From assembly GCA_002747515.1 (NCBI GenBank), contig PDPP01000018.1, positions 21,751 through 85,750 of the forward strand: a stretch of DNA of 64,000 nucleotides, given 5' to 3'. Positions 31,678 to 40,827 of the stretch are shown one piece after another. The stretch comes from Candidatus Moraniibacteriota bacterium (GTDB taxonomy: Bacteria; Patescibacteriota; Minisyncoccia; Moranbacterales; GCA-2747515). Numbering within the stretch: the first letter of the stretch is position 1; the number at the start of each line of letters is the position of its first letter. The notes beneath the pieces were generated by a model. The model saw nothing but the letters and a program-made list of their open reading frames with translations, was not told the DNA's origin and made no database searches. A program made the translations under genes and the position numbers.

Positions 31678-32061
31678 TTATGACCACATAATATGAGATT
31701 TTTGTGGAAGACAGATAAACGTATTTGGATATTCGTTACGCAAACCTTCGAGATATTGCAAAACTTCGTTTCGCTCTTGTATGTCAAGTAACTCTGCATA
31801 ATCCTGAATTTTCAAAAAAGATTCAATGATTACATTTTTAAATATATCCTCACATTCTTTTTTTTCACTCATCGAAACGAATACTTCAAGACTAATGAGA
31901 GATGCCATAGCAACTCTTTCTTGTTCTTTGAGATACTTAAGACCCTCTACAAAAGACTGTTCTGTTAAATTTTTTTCCATTATAAAAATATAAAATTTCT
32001 CAATGGACTCTTGCAAATTACATTCTACAATAGAATAGCCAAATTCTGCCCAATCAATCAT
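31678..32061 (-). CDS. Hypothetical protein, paralog A of a tandem pair (127 aa)
   Basis: See paralog B. 24-nt intergenic spacer, same strand. Confidence 0.5.
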   Translation of the reverse strand: MIDWAEFGYSIVECNLQESIEKFYIFIMEKNLTEQSFVEGLKYLKEQERVAMASLISLEVFVSMSEKKECEDIFKNVIIESFLKIQDYAELLDIQERNEVLQYLEGLRNEYPNTFICLPQKSHIMWS

Positions 32062-32151
32062 TTTGCATCCTCTTTTTTTGTTAAATTACTACTTCTTGTA
32101 AATCTAACAAAGAAATATACCATATTCTATTAAATTTATCAATAAAAAATA

Positions 32152-33567
32152 TTATTTTGCGTTTTTTATTTTTGCAAGACGTACAAGTCGAATATTTTCA
32201 TAAGAATATTTTTCAGAACATTTTTCATATATTGGTCGCAAAAATTCATCTCCACATACTTGAAATGCTTCTATGATTTCTTCTTGCACTTTTTTGTTTG
32301 GTAATAAATGTGTGATATCCACAGAATAATCGCTATTTTTTATTTCTTCTATATACTTTATAATTGTTTCCTTAGATATTCCTAACTCTTTTACAATTTC
32401 TTCTAGTGTTTTTTGTTTTTCTAATAATTCTTTTGTTTTGTTTAGTCGTGATTGTTTTGAATCGGATGTCATTCTATTACACACACGTTTTTTCTTTCTT
32501 ACTTTTTCTACGCTCTTCAATCCTTTTTGTAATTTTATTTCATTAATACACTCTATAAATACATCTGCATATTTAGCTAATTTTTGACGTCCTACACCAG
32601 AAATTTCTGCAAAAGCCTCTCGCGTTACTGGCAAATAATGCGCCATTTCACGAAGAGACACATCACCAAAAATGACAAAAGCTGGTACATTTTGTTCACT
32701 TGCAATGTGTGTACGCAACTCTCTCAAAGATGCAAACACATTTTCATCGAAATTCAATTCTTCTCTGCGCTTTTTTTCTGGGACAAATAATATACGTTTC
32801 TTTGTGATGCGTGGCAATTCTATATTTTCACGATTTTGGAGAAAATCTGCGCCTTTTTGTGATATGCGATAGGTATCATATTCCCCTGCATTACGCACGA
32901 CAAAACCTCTCGCAATAATATGTGTCATTATTTCTGCAATCTCTGCTGTAGAATATTCTTTTGCAATCCCCCACACAGATAATTTTTCATGTCCTCGAGA
33001 AATAATATTTTTATCTTTTGAGCCACGCAACACTTTTATCACATGCGCTTTGCCAAACATATTGCCCGTTTTATACACCGCAGATAATATCTTTTGCACA
33101 ATTTCTGTGGCATCCTCTGTATCATGTTCAGCAATACATACATCACACGTACCACACGGCTTCAATCCAACATCCCCAAAATATGATGTAATCCATTGCC
33201 ATCTGCAAATCCGAGCTTCTGCATAATCCATCACTTCTCGCATCTTTTTTTCTTCACTCATTCGCCTATTCTCATCCATCTCTTTCAAAAAATAATCCAA
33301 CTTCATTTTGTCTCCCGATGAATAAAAAAGCACACACTCACTCGTCAACCCATCACGTCCTGCACGTCCGATTTCTTGATAATATCCTTCTACTGTTTTT
33401 GGAAATGTCCGATGCACGACTAGTCGCACATCCGGCTTATCAATCCCCATACCAAATGCAATCGTCGCCACCACAACGCGCACTTTATCCATCACAAAAT
33501 CATCTTGGACACTGTCACGCTCTTCTGGTGTAAGTCCTGCATGATATGCTGCCGCTGGCACACCTTT
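32152..33567 (-). CDS. recQ: ATP-dependent DNA helicase RecQ, C-terminal portion (helicase C, RQC, HRDC, C-terminal extension); frame-disrupted relative to N-terminal portion
   Basis: AAAYHAGL...VVATIAFGMGIDKPDVRLVVH...YYQEIGRAGRDG; HRDC LRELRTHIASEQNVPAFVIFGDVSLREMA. Reading frame differs by 1 nt from the upstream fragment. Confidence 0.6.
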   Translation of the reverse strand, partial: KGVPAAAYHAGLTPEERDSVQDDFVMDKVRVVVATIAFGMGIDKPDVRLVVHRTFPKTVEGYYQEIGRAGRDGLTSECVLFYSSGDKMKLDYFLKEMDENRRMSEEKKMREVMDYAEARICRWQWITSYFGDVGLKPCGTCDVCIAEHDTEDATEIVQKILSAVYKTGNMFGKAHVIKVLRGSKDKNIISRGHEKLSVWGIAKEYSTAEIAEIMTHIIARGFVVRNAGEYDTYRISQKGADFLQNRENIELPRITKKRILFVPEKKRREELNFDENVFASLRELRTHIASEQNVPAFVIFGDVSLREMAHYLPVTREAFAEISGVGRQKLAKYADVFIECINEIKLQKGLKSVEKVRKKKRVCNRMTSDSKQSRLNKTKELLEKQKTLEEIVKELGISKETIIKYIEEIKNSDYSVDITHLLPNKKVQEEIIEAFQVCGDEFLRPIYEKCSEKYSYENIRLVRLAKIKNAK

Positions 33568-34333
33568 CTTGCACGAGAAATTGTGCAACTTCTTCTGTTT
33601 CTTTGCGGCTAAAACAATAAATAATTGCAGACTCTCCATCATGTTTTTGTAGCAAATGTACGATATGTCTATCCACACCACTTTTTGGCATCACACTAAT
33701 ATGCAAATTTTCACGATAAAAACCTGATACAAATACCTTGTAATCATGTAACCCTAATTCCTTGATAATATCTGTGCGCACATGCTCTGTAGCAGATGCT
33801 GTTAATGCAATAATAGGAATATGTGGAAAACGTGCACGAATTTTTTTTAAATTCCGATAATCTGGACGAAAATCATGTCCCCACTGCGAAATACAATGTG
33901 CCTCATCCACCGCAAGCGCAGTAACCGGCACACGTGCAAGCCAATTCTGCACATACGCATTTGCCAAACGCTCTGGCGCAATATAGATCAACTTATACCC
34001 TCCCGCCTCAGCAATCTGCATCCGTTCATCCAATTCACGGTTCGACACAGAAGAATTCAACATCGTCGCTGCAACACCATTGGCATTGAGTGCATCAACC
34101 TGATCTTTCATCAAAGAAATCAATGGAGAAATCACGATCGTCACACCATCACGCATAATAGCTGGCAACTGAAAACATAGGGATTTCCCTCCACCAGTCG
34201 GCATCACCACAACAGTATCTCCCCCAGCAGAAAAATGATCTATCACATCTTTTTGCACACTCCGAAATGCATCATGACCAAAATATTTTTTTAATAATTT
34301 TTCCATAAAAATAAATTCATATCTGTATAACAA
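33515..34333 (-). CDS. recQ: ATP-dependent DNA helicase RecQ, N-terminal portion (DEAH helicase domain 1), terminates prematurely after frame change near 33565
   Basis: MPTGGGKSLCFQLPA (Walker A), AVDEAHCISQWGHDFRP (DEAH box). Confidence 0.6.
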   Translation of the reverse strand: MLYRYEFIFMEKLLKKYFGHDAFRSVQKDVIDHFSAGGDTVVVMPTGGGKSLCFQLPAIMRDGVTIVISPLISLMKDQVDALNANGVAATMLNSSVSNRELDERMQIAEAGGYKLIYIAPERLANAYVQNWLARVPVTALAVDEAHCISQWGHDFRPDYRNLKKIRARFPHIPIIALTASATEHVRTDIIKELGLHDYKVFVSGFYRENLHISVMPKSGVDRHIVHLLQKHDGESAIIYCFSRKETEEVAQFLVQERCASGSISCRTYTRRA

Positions 34334-34484
34334 TAATATCTCTGATAATTATACACTAAAAATATAATAATAACTTATAGATTATATCCCTATTTTCACT
34401 TCTTCTACGAGTATTCTATACTACACAATAATAAAATCCCTCAAAACTATTCAGCCTTGAGGGACATGCCAAAAATTTATATTT

Positions 34485-35360
34485 TTAATTCAGGTTCTCA
34501 TAAGAAAACCGTATATTCTCAATTTCTTCTGATGTTGTTGGTCTTACCATCAAACCATTATCAAAATCTTTGTCAGTTAAGGCAGAGGTGCAATGTACAG
34601 CAACGTTTGGCATAACTTCCTCATCTATTCTATAACCAATAGCTGAAGTATTAGAAAAACTTGACACAGAACCTCGATGTAATTTGGCATAATGCCACGT
34701 TTTTCCACCATCCTTGGTATATTTAACAACTTTGCCCCTAAAATTTTCCAAATCCTCAAGGCACAAAATATCATTTTTTGTACGAAAAGGTTCTTTTTTT
34801 CCTCTTGCCTCCAAGATCAACTGATCCATAGCACTTCTTTTTTTGTAAGAAGCCGGTGCTTGTTCTTCTCGTAATGCATAATATTTATTTGTCAGATCCT
34901 CCCATATTTCACAAGATTTTCCAAAAGAAATATACTCTTTGCTAGAAGTTTTTATAATTGGTTCCGGTAAAACTTGATCGTCAATTTTATGAATTGAATA
35001 TACCGGCCCAAACACTCCCATTTCATTAGTAATCTTTTCTTTAAAAACCGTTACACCAAGCCTCTCAAATATCTCAGGAAGTTTTTCGTTCCAACTTCCA
35101 CTACCACTTCCCCAACAATTCCAGCAACCCCAAGGAGTCCAAATTTTACCAGGTTGACTATAATACATTTCCAAAAAAACACCTTGTTTTATTTGATTAT
35201 AAAACGGATTTACGCTTTCATCACGCCTATCATCAAGCCAAGGAACACCCTGATCACGCTCCACTTCCGCTGAAGCATACTCAAACATAAGATTAGCAAT
35301 GCTACGAATAGCAAGATAAAGTTGAAATTGAGTGAAATCGTTTTCTTTAGTTACTATCAT
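34485..35360 (-). CDS. Hypothetical protein (291 aa) with Trp/Cys-rich segment and a single BNR-like motif (TKDGGKTW)
   Basis: Clean ORF, no family assignable. Same strand and immediately downstream of the DenV-like gene. Confidence 0.45.
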   Translation of the reverse strand: MIVTKENDFTQFQLYLAIRSIANLMFEYASAEVERDQGVPWLDDRRDESVNPFYNQIKQGVFLEMYYSQPGKIWTPWGCWNCWGSGSGSWNEKLPEIFERLGVTVFKEKITNEMGVFGPVYSIHKIDDQVLPEPIIKTSSKEYISFGKSCEIWEDLTNKYYALREEQAPASYKKRSAMDQLILEARGKKEPFRTKNDILCLEDLENFRGKVVKYTKDGGKTWHYAKLHRGSVSSFSNTSAIGYRIDEEVMPNVAVHCTSALTDKDFDNGLMVRPTTSEEIENIRFSYENLN

Positions 35361-35510
35361 TATTCATTGTCTCCTGTTTTGATTTTGAAATTTATAAGAA
35401 CTTTAATGTATTACAACATATTTTAAAAAATAAGTCAAATGTTGTGAGGCTGGATTCAAGAAATTATTGCATGTAATATTATAATGTTAGTTTGTATAAA
35501 TGTTCCAATT

Positions 35511-35846
35511 TCACACACGACAATCACATTTTTTCTTTTTGAGAAGTTCTTTTTGTTCTGCAATTGTATTAATAAAAACATCTTGTACTACATCATTTTT
35601 AACCAAATCAAAGTCTAATGGAGAATTGTGATTGTATCCACGCTTTTTCATTTCTTTTACAAGCAGTTCATGTCTTTTATACAACGCACCCTCTTTTCCA
35701 ATCCACCTTTTTGTCTCTGGATGATGTGCATAGCCACCAACGCATCCATGTTTCGTGATAATATTCCACAATCCGTGCAATTCACGATGCTCTCCTAGTA
35801 AATGTTTTCTGCATAAATATCGCGGATGAATATCCCAAATTCTCAT
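35511..35846 (-). CDS. Pyrimidine dimer DNA glycosylase / T4 endonuclease V (DenV) family protein
   Basis: MRIWDIHPRYLCRKHLLGEHRELHGLW aligns with T4 EndoV [27 protein letters not shown] (catalytic N-terminus and Glu of EYREL). Upstream part of the 219-aa ORF is low-complexity and rejected. Start ATG 35844-35846. Confidence 0.55.
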   Translation of the reverse strand: MRIWDIHPRYLCRKHLLGEHRELHGLWNIITKHGCVGGYAHHPETKRWIGKEGALYKRHELLVKEMKKRGYNHNSPLDFDLVKNDVVQDVFINTIAEQKELLKKKKCDCRV

Positions 35847-36108
35847 AATATTCCTAGAATAAATACTATAAAAAAGTGTACCAAAATTTCTCAAAAAATA
35901 AAATAATTTGCAGAAATAATTATACAATGTACCACGAATGAAGACTAAAACTTTACAAATTATGTATAATGTGTTAGAATTTTCGGAACTATACATCCGT
36001 GTATAGATTACATAAATTTCAGGAGGACTATGAGGAGCATTGTTATTTAACATCACTAAAAGAAATATCAGAAGAAGTAAATTCCCTTTTTGGGAGGAGG
36101 TACCTTTT

Positions 36109-36660
36109 ATGGGAAAAGTATCGATACTCATTGACTTTTCAAATATTAATTCTGCGTTTGGTAAACTCAAAATTCAAAAGAGCTTACCATATGATATGAA
36201 GATTGATTACAATAAACTTGTTGCCCTTTTAACACGAAAGGGCAAGGAAATTGTGAGTAAAACTGTGTATTTACCCACTTACCCAAAACAACTGCACCAA
36301 TATCGTTTTTTTAATTCTTTGGAGCGAAACAACTTCTCAATCGTGACCAAAGAAGTCAAAGAAATTCACACGGGCCATGGCACTGTCCGAAAAGCAAATT
36401 TTGATGTTGAAATTGCTTTTGATGCATGTGCTCAAATTTACAGACGTGACTGTAATGAAATCATGCTGTTTTCCGGAGATTCGGATTTTGCATATTTGAT
36501 TGAAAATGCAAAAAACTTTGATTTCAAAATTACTATTGTCGCAACACGCGATAGCATATCTACCGAACTAGACGCTCTCGCAGACAATGTAATTCTCCTT
36601 GATGACCTAAATCTTGGGAGCTTTACTTTTTTGGAAAACAATGTTTGGAAAGTTGCATAA
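36109..36660 (+). CDS. NYN-domain (LabA-like, PIN-fold) putative ribonuclease
   Basis: MGKVSILIDFSNIN... with conserved acidic residues, typical NYN topology. SD GGGAGGAGG 8 nt upstream. Confidence 0.6.
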   Translation: MGKVSILIDFSNINSAFGKLKIQKSLPYDMKIDYNKLVALLTRKGKEIVSKTVYLPTYPKQLHQYRFFNSLERNNFSIVTKEVKEIHTGHGTVRKANFDVEIAFDACAQIYRRDCNEIMLFSGDSDFAYLIENAKNFDFKITIVATRDSISTELDALADNVILLDDLNLGSFTFLENNVWKVA

Positions 36661-36685
36661 TTTTCCTTGTTCCTTTGATATTTTT

Positions 36686-36724
36686 AAACCCTACATCTTA
36701 TTAATTGAGATGTAGGGCTTTTTC
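36686..36724 (+). terminator. Intrinsic terminator (CCCTACATCT/AGATGTAGGG stem plus T-run)
   Basis: 10-bp perfect stem followed by TTTTT, 25 nt after the NYN gene stop. Confidence 0.55.
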
Positions 36725-36822
36725 ATGTATTATATGTTGATATAATATATTATAAACCAAAAAGTGACATACATCGGGTTTTTGGTATAATAAAAGCATA
36801 TTAACCATTGATTATAAAAAAT

Positions 36823-37179
36823 ATGAAAATGAAAAGACTAATCATCGCCAGTATTTTGGGTCTGGTGTGTGGATTTATTTGCCTGGCATTCGCATCTAGT
36901 GCTGGGAGTGTGGCATTGCCAATTGCGGCGAGTATTGTGTCAGGCCGGTTTTTGATTGGTGTAGCGATTGGAGTGAGTCGCTTTGTGATGAAACACTGGA
37001 GTATTCACGGACTCGTGATGGGATTTTTATTCAGTCTTCCCAATGCTTTTGGTGCGATGAGTGTAGTTAATCCCGACTTTACGCCGATAATGATGTTTTC
37101 CTCAACCGTGATTATGGGGGTGATTTATGGATTTTTGATTGAACTTGTTACCAGTGTTTTGTTCAAAGCACAGCAATAA
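36823..37179 (+). CDS. Small polytopic membrane protein (about 118 aa, 3-4 TM), GC-richer than surroundings
   Basis: Hydrophobic segments throughout. The ORF-track start at 36808 is a TTG, so the ATG at 36823 was chosen. Confidence 0.45.
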   Translation: MKMKRLIIASILGLVCGFICLAFASSAGSVALPIAASIVSGRFLIGVAIGVSRFVMKHWSIHGLVMGFLFSLPNAFGAMSVVNPDFTPIMMFSSTVIMGVIYGFLIELVTSVLFKAQQ

Positions 37180-37450
37180 GATTTAATAATAAGCCCATGC
37201 CACGACTGCAAACGAAAAGAGATTTAATCAGCGTGTCACACAAGAACTACGAAAAGTTACTGACAATGATTGCTAAGATAAGCGAAGAAGCAACGCTTCA
37301 TCCAGAGAAAAAAGATGCACTGAAAAAATTGTTTTTTGGGGAATAAAGGTAAAATTTTGTAAATAAAAAGGTGATTCAAATAGCAATTCAAATCACCTAA
37401 TAGCTCATGTTTAACTCTATTAAAGTAGTGAGTTGATAAATTTTAATTTT

Positions 37451-38002
37451 TCACAAGCATTTAGTCGCTTCCTTAAAATCACCAATGTCTTTGATTGTCA
37501 CTATGCCGTTGCCACCACTTTGCAGATTGTGCAAACACATTTCCAAAGGCGTTGCTACACGGAACACTTTACCTGGCGGATGCCAAAAACCTGCTCTGTC
37601 CGCACCTGTTTCAGCACAATCCCAACGAAGACATCCTACATAAGAACTATGTTCCTCATTATAAAGTACAGCATAATCAGGCATTTTTAAGCCTTCACCC
37701 CTTGGGGAATAAAGGGTAATTGGATCACCAATAAAAATAACTTTTCCACACCAGGCACACCTTATCGCCATTTTTTCAAGACAACGATGGCAATATGCAG
37801 TTTTGCCGTTACTAATCGGAATTGCAATTTCACAACTTTCCCCAAAAGCTGTTACATTGTCTTTTTTCAGTGTTTTATGTCCGCAGTCAGCTACAATTTT
37901 TTTCTTGAAAATATTAAAGAACTTCATCTGCACCCTCCTATATTTTGAATTCACGAGTTTCACATTTAAATCAACCCTAGATAAAAATAGTTGTTTTGTC
38001 AA
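37451..38002 (-). CDS. Cys-rich hypothetical protein (putative Zn-binding; CHRC...CAWCG)
   Basis: 183-aa ORF. The true start may be the internal MKFFNIF. No family assignable. Confidence 0.4.
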   Translation of the reverse strand: MTKQLFLSRVDLNVKLVNSKYRRVQMKFFNIFKKKIVADCGHKTLKKDNVTAFGESCEIAIPISNGKTAYCHRCLEKMAIRCAWCGKVIFIGDPITLYSPRGEGLKMPDYAVLYNEEHSSYVGCLRWDCAETGADRAGFWHPPGKVFRVATPLEMCLHNLQSGGNGIVTIKDIGDFKEATKCL

Positions 38003-38204
38003 AAAAAGAGAATCAGTTTTTGCTATCTACGCCCAAAAAAATTACATCTTCTATGTCTTCTAATAACTAAAGTACAGTGATATAATTGAAGTAATTTAAC
38101 AACCTAAGTTTAATATAAAAATAACCTTGTAAATTATTAAAATTATTTCATTTTAGAATCCGAAAAATAGAATTTGGAAAAAATATTTATATTGGAATGA
38201 GAAA

Positions 38205-38717
38205 ATGAATAAAAACCACGTCCATATCTCCTATCACACAACCGCGATTGGTGAACTGCTCATCGGTAGTTTTGAAGGGAAAATTTGCATTGTGGATTTT
38301 CGGCATCGCGCAAAGAGAGAAATAGTGGACAGAAGAATCAGAAAAGGTTTGCGCGCTGATTTTGTAGAGCAAGAAGATTATGTAATCCAAGAAACGAAAA
38401 AACACATTGACGCATATCTTGCAGGCACACAACAGGATTTTACCGTGCCAATTCTGCCGATTGGAAGTGATTTTCAAAAACGCGTTTGGTGTGCACTTCA
38501 AGATGTGCCATATGGACACACCGCATCCTATACCGACATTGCACGAAACATCGGCAAACCACAAGCCGTCCGCGCAGTCTCGTCCGCTACCGCTGGCAAT
38601 GCCATCGCCCTCATTATCCCCTGCCATCGCATCATCTATACAAACGGCGCCATCGGCAACTACGCCGGTGGCAGTGTAGTAAAGAAAAAATTGCTGGAAA
38701 TTGAAAACCATAGGTAG
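38205..38717 (+). CDS. ogt: Methylated-DNA--protein-cysteine methyltransferase (O6-alkylguanine-DNA alkyltransferase)
   Basis: Active-site IPCHRII motif and helix-turn-helix. Gene is markedly GC-richer than the genome background. Confidence 0.8.
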   Translation: MNKNHVHISYHTTAIGELLIGSFEGKICIVDFRHRAKREIVDRRIRKGLRADFVEQEDYVIQETKKHIDAYLAGTQQDFTVPILPIGSDFQKRVWCALQDVPYGHTASYTDIARNIGKPQAVRAVSSATAGNAIALIIPCHRIIYTNGAIGNYAGGSVVKKKLLEIENHR

Positions 38718-38750
38718 TAACTTGCGATATAATTAAATTGAATAATATTT

Positions 38751-39416
38751 ATGCATAAACTTATGAAACTATTTCTTACCTCCAATGGATTGTCAAATCC
38801 GACACTAAAAAGTGAGTTTATTCGTTTTGTTGAAAAAAGTACTGAAGAAATTAGTATTGCATTTATTCCCACTGCTGCCAACATTGAAAAAGGTGGTAAA
38901 AAATGGCTAATTGACCATCTAAACAATATCAAAGATGTTGCGGGCTATATTGACATTGTTGATATTTCAGCGCTTCCCAGAAAAAATTGGCTGCCAAGAC
39001 TGGAAAAAGCTGATGTTTTGTTTTTTGGTGGTGGTAATTCTGGTTACTTGCTTGAGTGGATGAAAAAATCGGGATTAGAAAAGGACTTACCGAAATTATT
39101 AAAGACGCGAATTTATGCAGGGATTAGTGCCGGTAGTATGATCACCAATCCAACACTCTATCTTTCTTCTCGGGATTATCATTTGTATTACACAGATAAT
39201 ATGCAAAATGATCAAACACTTGCCTATACTAATTTTTATGTTAGGCCACACTTTGACTCCACCGACTTCCCTTATGTCAATCAAGAAAATATAAATGCAA
39301 TCAAAGGCAAAATACCTTATCCGATTTATGCACTAGATGATGATAGTGCTGTAGTTGTGGATGGTGAAGAGGTGACAGTTGTTTCTGAGGGAGATAAGTG
39401 GAGAAAATTTGAATAA
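38751..39416 (+). CDS. Peptidase S51 family protein (dipeptidase E-like)
   Basis: FFGGGNSGYLLEWMKKSG...AGISAGSMIT matches the S51 nucleophile-Ser region. Confidence 0.65.
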   Translation: MHKLMKLFLTSNGLSNPTLKSEFIRFVEKSTEEISIAFIPTAANIEKGGKKWLIDHLNNIKDVAGYIDIVDISALPRKNWLPRLEKADVLFFGGGNSGYLLEWMKKSGLEKDLPKLLKTRIYAGISAGSMITNPTLYLSSRDYHLYYTDNMQNDQTLAYTNFYVRPHFDSTDFPYVNQENINAIKGKIPYPIYALDDDSAVVVDGEEVTVVSEGDKWRKFE

Positions 39417-39452
39417 CTTTTTTAAATATTTCCTAATCATTAACGTATCCTT

Positions 39453-40253
39453 ATGTCAAAAATTAAACCACAACTGGGTAATGTGCCGGAAACATTACTC
39501 ATTCCGCTGCGGGCGCGGAGCAATGAAACAAAGTTGGAAAACGGGATTATCAGTGATCCCAAATCGGTGGAAATCGTTCAGAAAATTGAATCTAACACCA
39601 AAGAAAAAGGTGAAGTATCGATGAGTTCACAAAAAGGCGTAGCTGTGCGCACTGAAATTTTGGATGAATTGACGCAAAAGTTTTTGAAGAAAAACCCCGA
39701 TGGCACAGTGGTCAATTTGGGTTGTGGATTAGACACACGCTATTATCGTTTACATAATAATCAAGTGCGTTGGTTTGATTTGGATGTACCAGAAGCAATT
39801 GCACTGCGCAAAAACTTTTTTACACCAACTGAAAAGTATCAGTTTATCAGTAAATCAGTGCTGGATTTTTCGTGGAACGATGTAATCCCACAAGATAAGC
39901 CGATTTTATTTATCGCCGAAGGGTTGCTCATGTATTTTACTGAAGCGGAAGTGCAATCAATTTTCACAAATATTGCAAAACAATTCCCCGGATCGGAAAT
40001 GATTTTTGAAGCGATGTCACCGTTTGTTGCCAAAAATTCTAGCAAACATGCTGATGTAAAGAAATACGACGCAGAATTTAAATGGGGCATCAAAAGCGGC
40101 ACGGAAATAGAAAATTGGAATATTGGCGTGCGATTTATCACTGAATATTTTTACAATCGCCATTTGGATAAAATGCCTTTTGTGATGCGATTTATGTTTA
40201 CATTGCCTTTTTTCAAAAAAGCAATGAAAATTGTGCATGTGAAGTTTAAGTAA
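39453..40253 (+). CDS. Class I SAM-dependent methyltransferase, TcmP/LCMT-like (putative O-methyltransferase)
   Basis: VVNLGCGLDTRYYRL motif typical of the leucine carboxyl methyltransferase/TcmP family. Confidence 0.6.
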   Translation: MSKIKPQLGNVPETLLIPLRARSNETKLENGIISDPKSVEIVQKIESNTKEKGEVSMSSQKGVAVRTEILDELTQKFLKKNPDGTVVNLGCGLDTRYYRLHNNQVRWFDLDVPEAIALRKNFFTPTEKYQFISKSVLDFSWNDVIPQDKPILFIAEGLLMYFTEAEVQSIFTNIAKQFPGSEMIFEAMSPFVAKNSSKHADVKKYDAEFKWGIKSGTEIENWNIGVRFITEYFYNRHLDKMPFVMRFMFTLPFFKKAMKIVHVKFK

Positions 40254-40320
40254 AGGCCTGCTTCATGGTTAAAATAGTACATTGATAAATGACAAAACCA
40301 TCAGCACCAAAACTATTATT

Positions 40321-40622
40321 CCCCTTTTGTATCAATCCACAACTGTTGATTTTCTGGACACCCTATTTCTCCGTCTGAGAGATCTTTTTCGCACCAGTTA
40401 TAGATTTCACCGTTGAGATAGACTGTTACAGTGTCCACTGTGTCAAATTAAAATGCCGCGCGGTCAATGAGCGCACGCAATTCCGACAAAACATAGTGAT
40501 CTAGTCCATGCATATCACCACTGAGGTAGACACGTGCATTACCGTCAGACAGCATCACAGTGTCATAATTCAAAAATGTATACAATTGCACAGTATTACG
40601 ATATCCTGATAATGTCTTTAAA
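40321..40622 (-). pseudogene. Decayed coding remnant (about 100 codons open in one frame with a single internal stop), GC-rich
   Basis: Minus-strand frame reads GLKTLSGYRNTVQLYTFLNYDTVMLSDGNARVYLSGDMHGLDHYVLSELRALIDRAAF*FDTVDTVTVYLNGEIYNWCEKDLSDGEIGCPENQQLWIDTKG. No start codon. Composition unlike the surrounding AT-rich DNA. Confidence 0.3.
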
Positions 40623-40827
40623 CCACACTATCAAAAAGTTTTTTATATGTAATATTCAAAACACTTTGTGTATGCTCTACTTCATATGACACAAAAAATA
40701 ACCTACCGTAATTATACCGTGATTTAGAACATGGCACTACTTATTTTTTTATTACATTACTATTTATAACAAAAAATACCGTGTATACAACAGTATTTTT
40801 TGTGCCAATATAATTAGAATAAGATAT

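Noticed and set aside
32152-33681. Using the ORF-track start (MVWIDISY… at 33681) as a real start for the RecQ C-terminal fragment
   Set aside because: The first about 40 codons of that ORF are the out-of-frame read of the N-terminal fragment's coding sequence. Homology to RecQ only begins at …GVPAAAYHAGL (about 33567).
35847-36170. N-terminal 108 codons of the 219-aa ORF 35511..36170
   Set aside because: Low-complexity, hydrophobic, no homology. The recognisable EndoV-like protein begins at the internal Met (ATG 35844-35846), so the upstream part is treated as non-coding promoter/leader.
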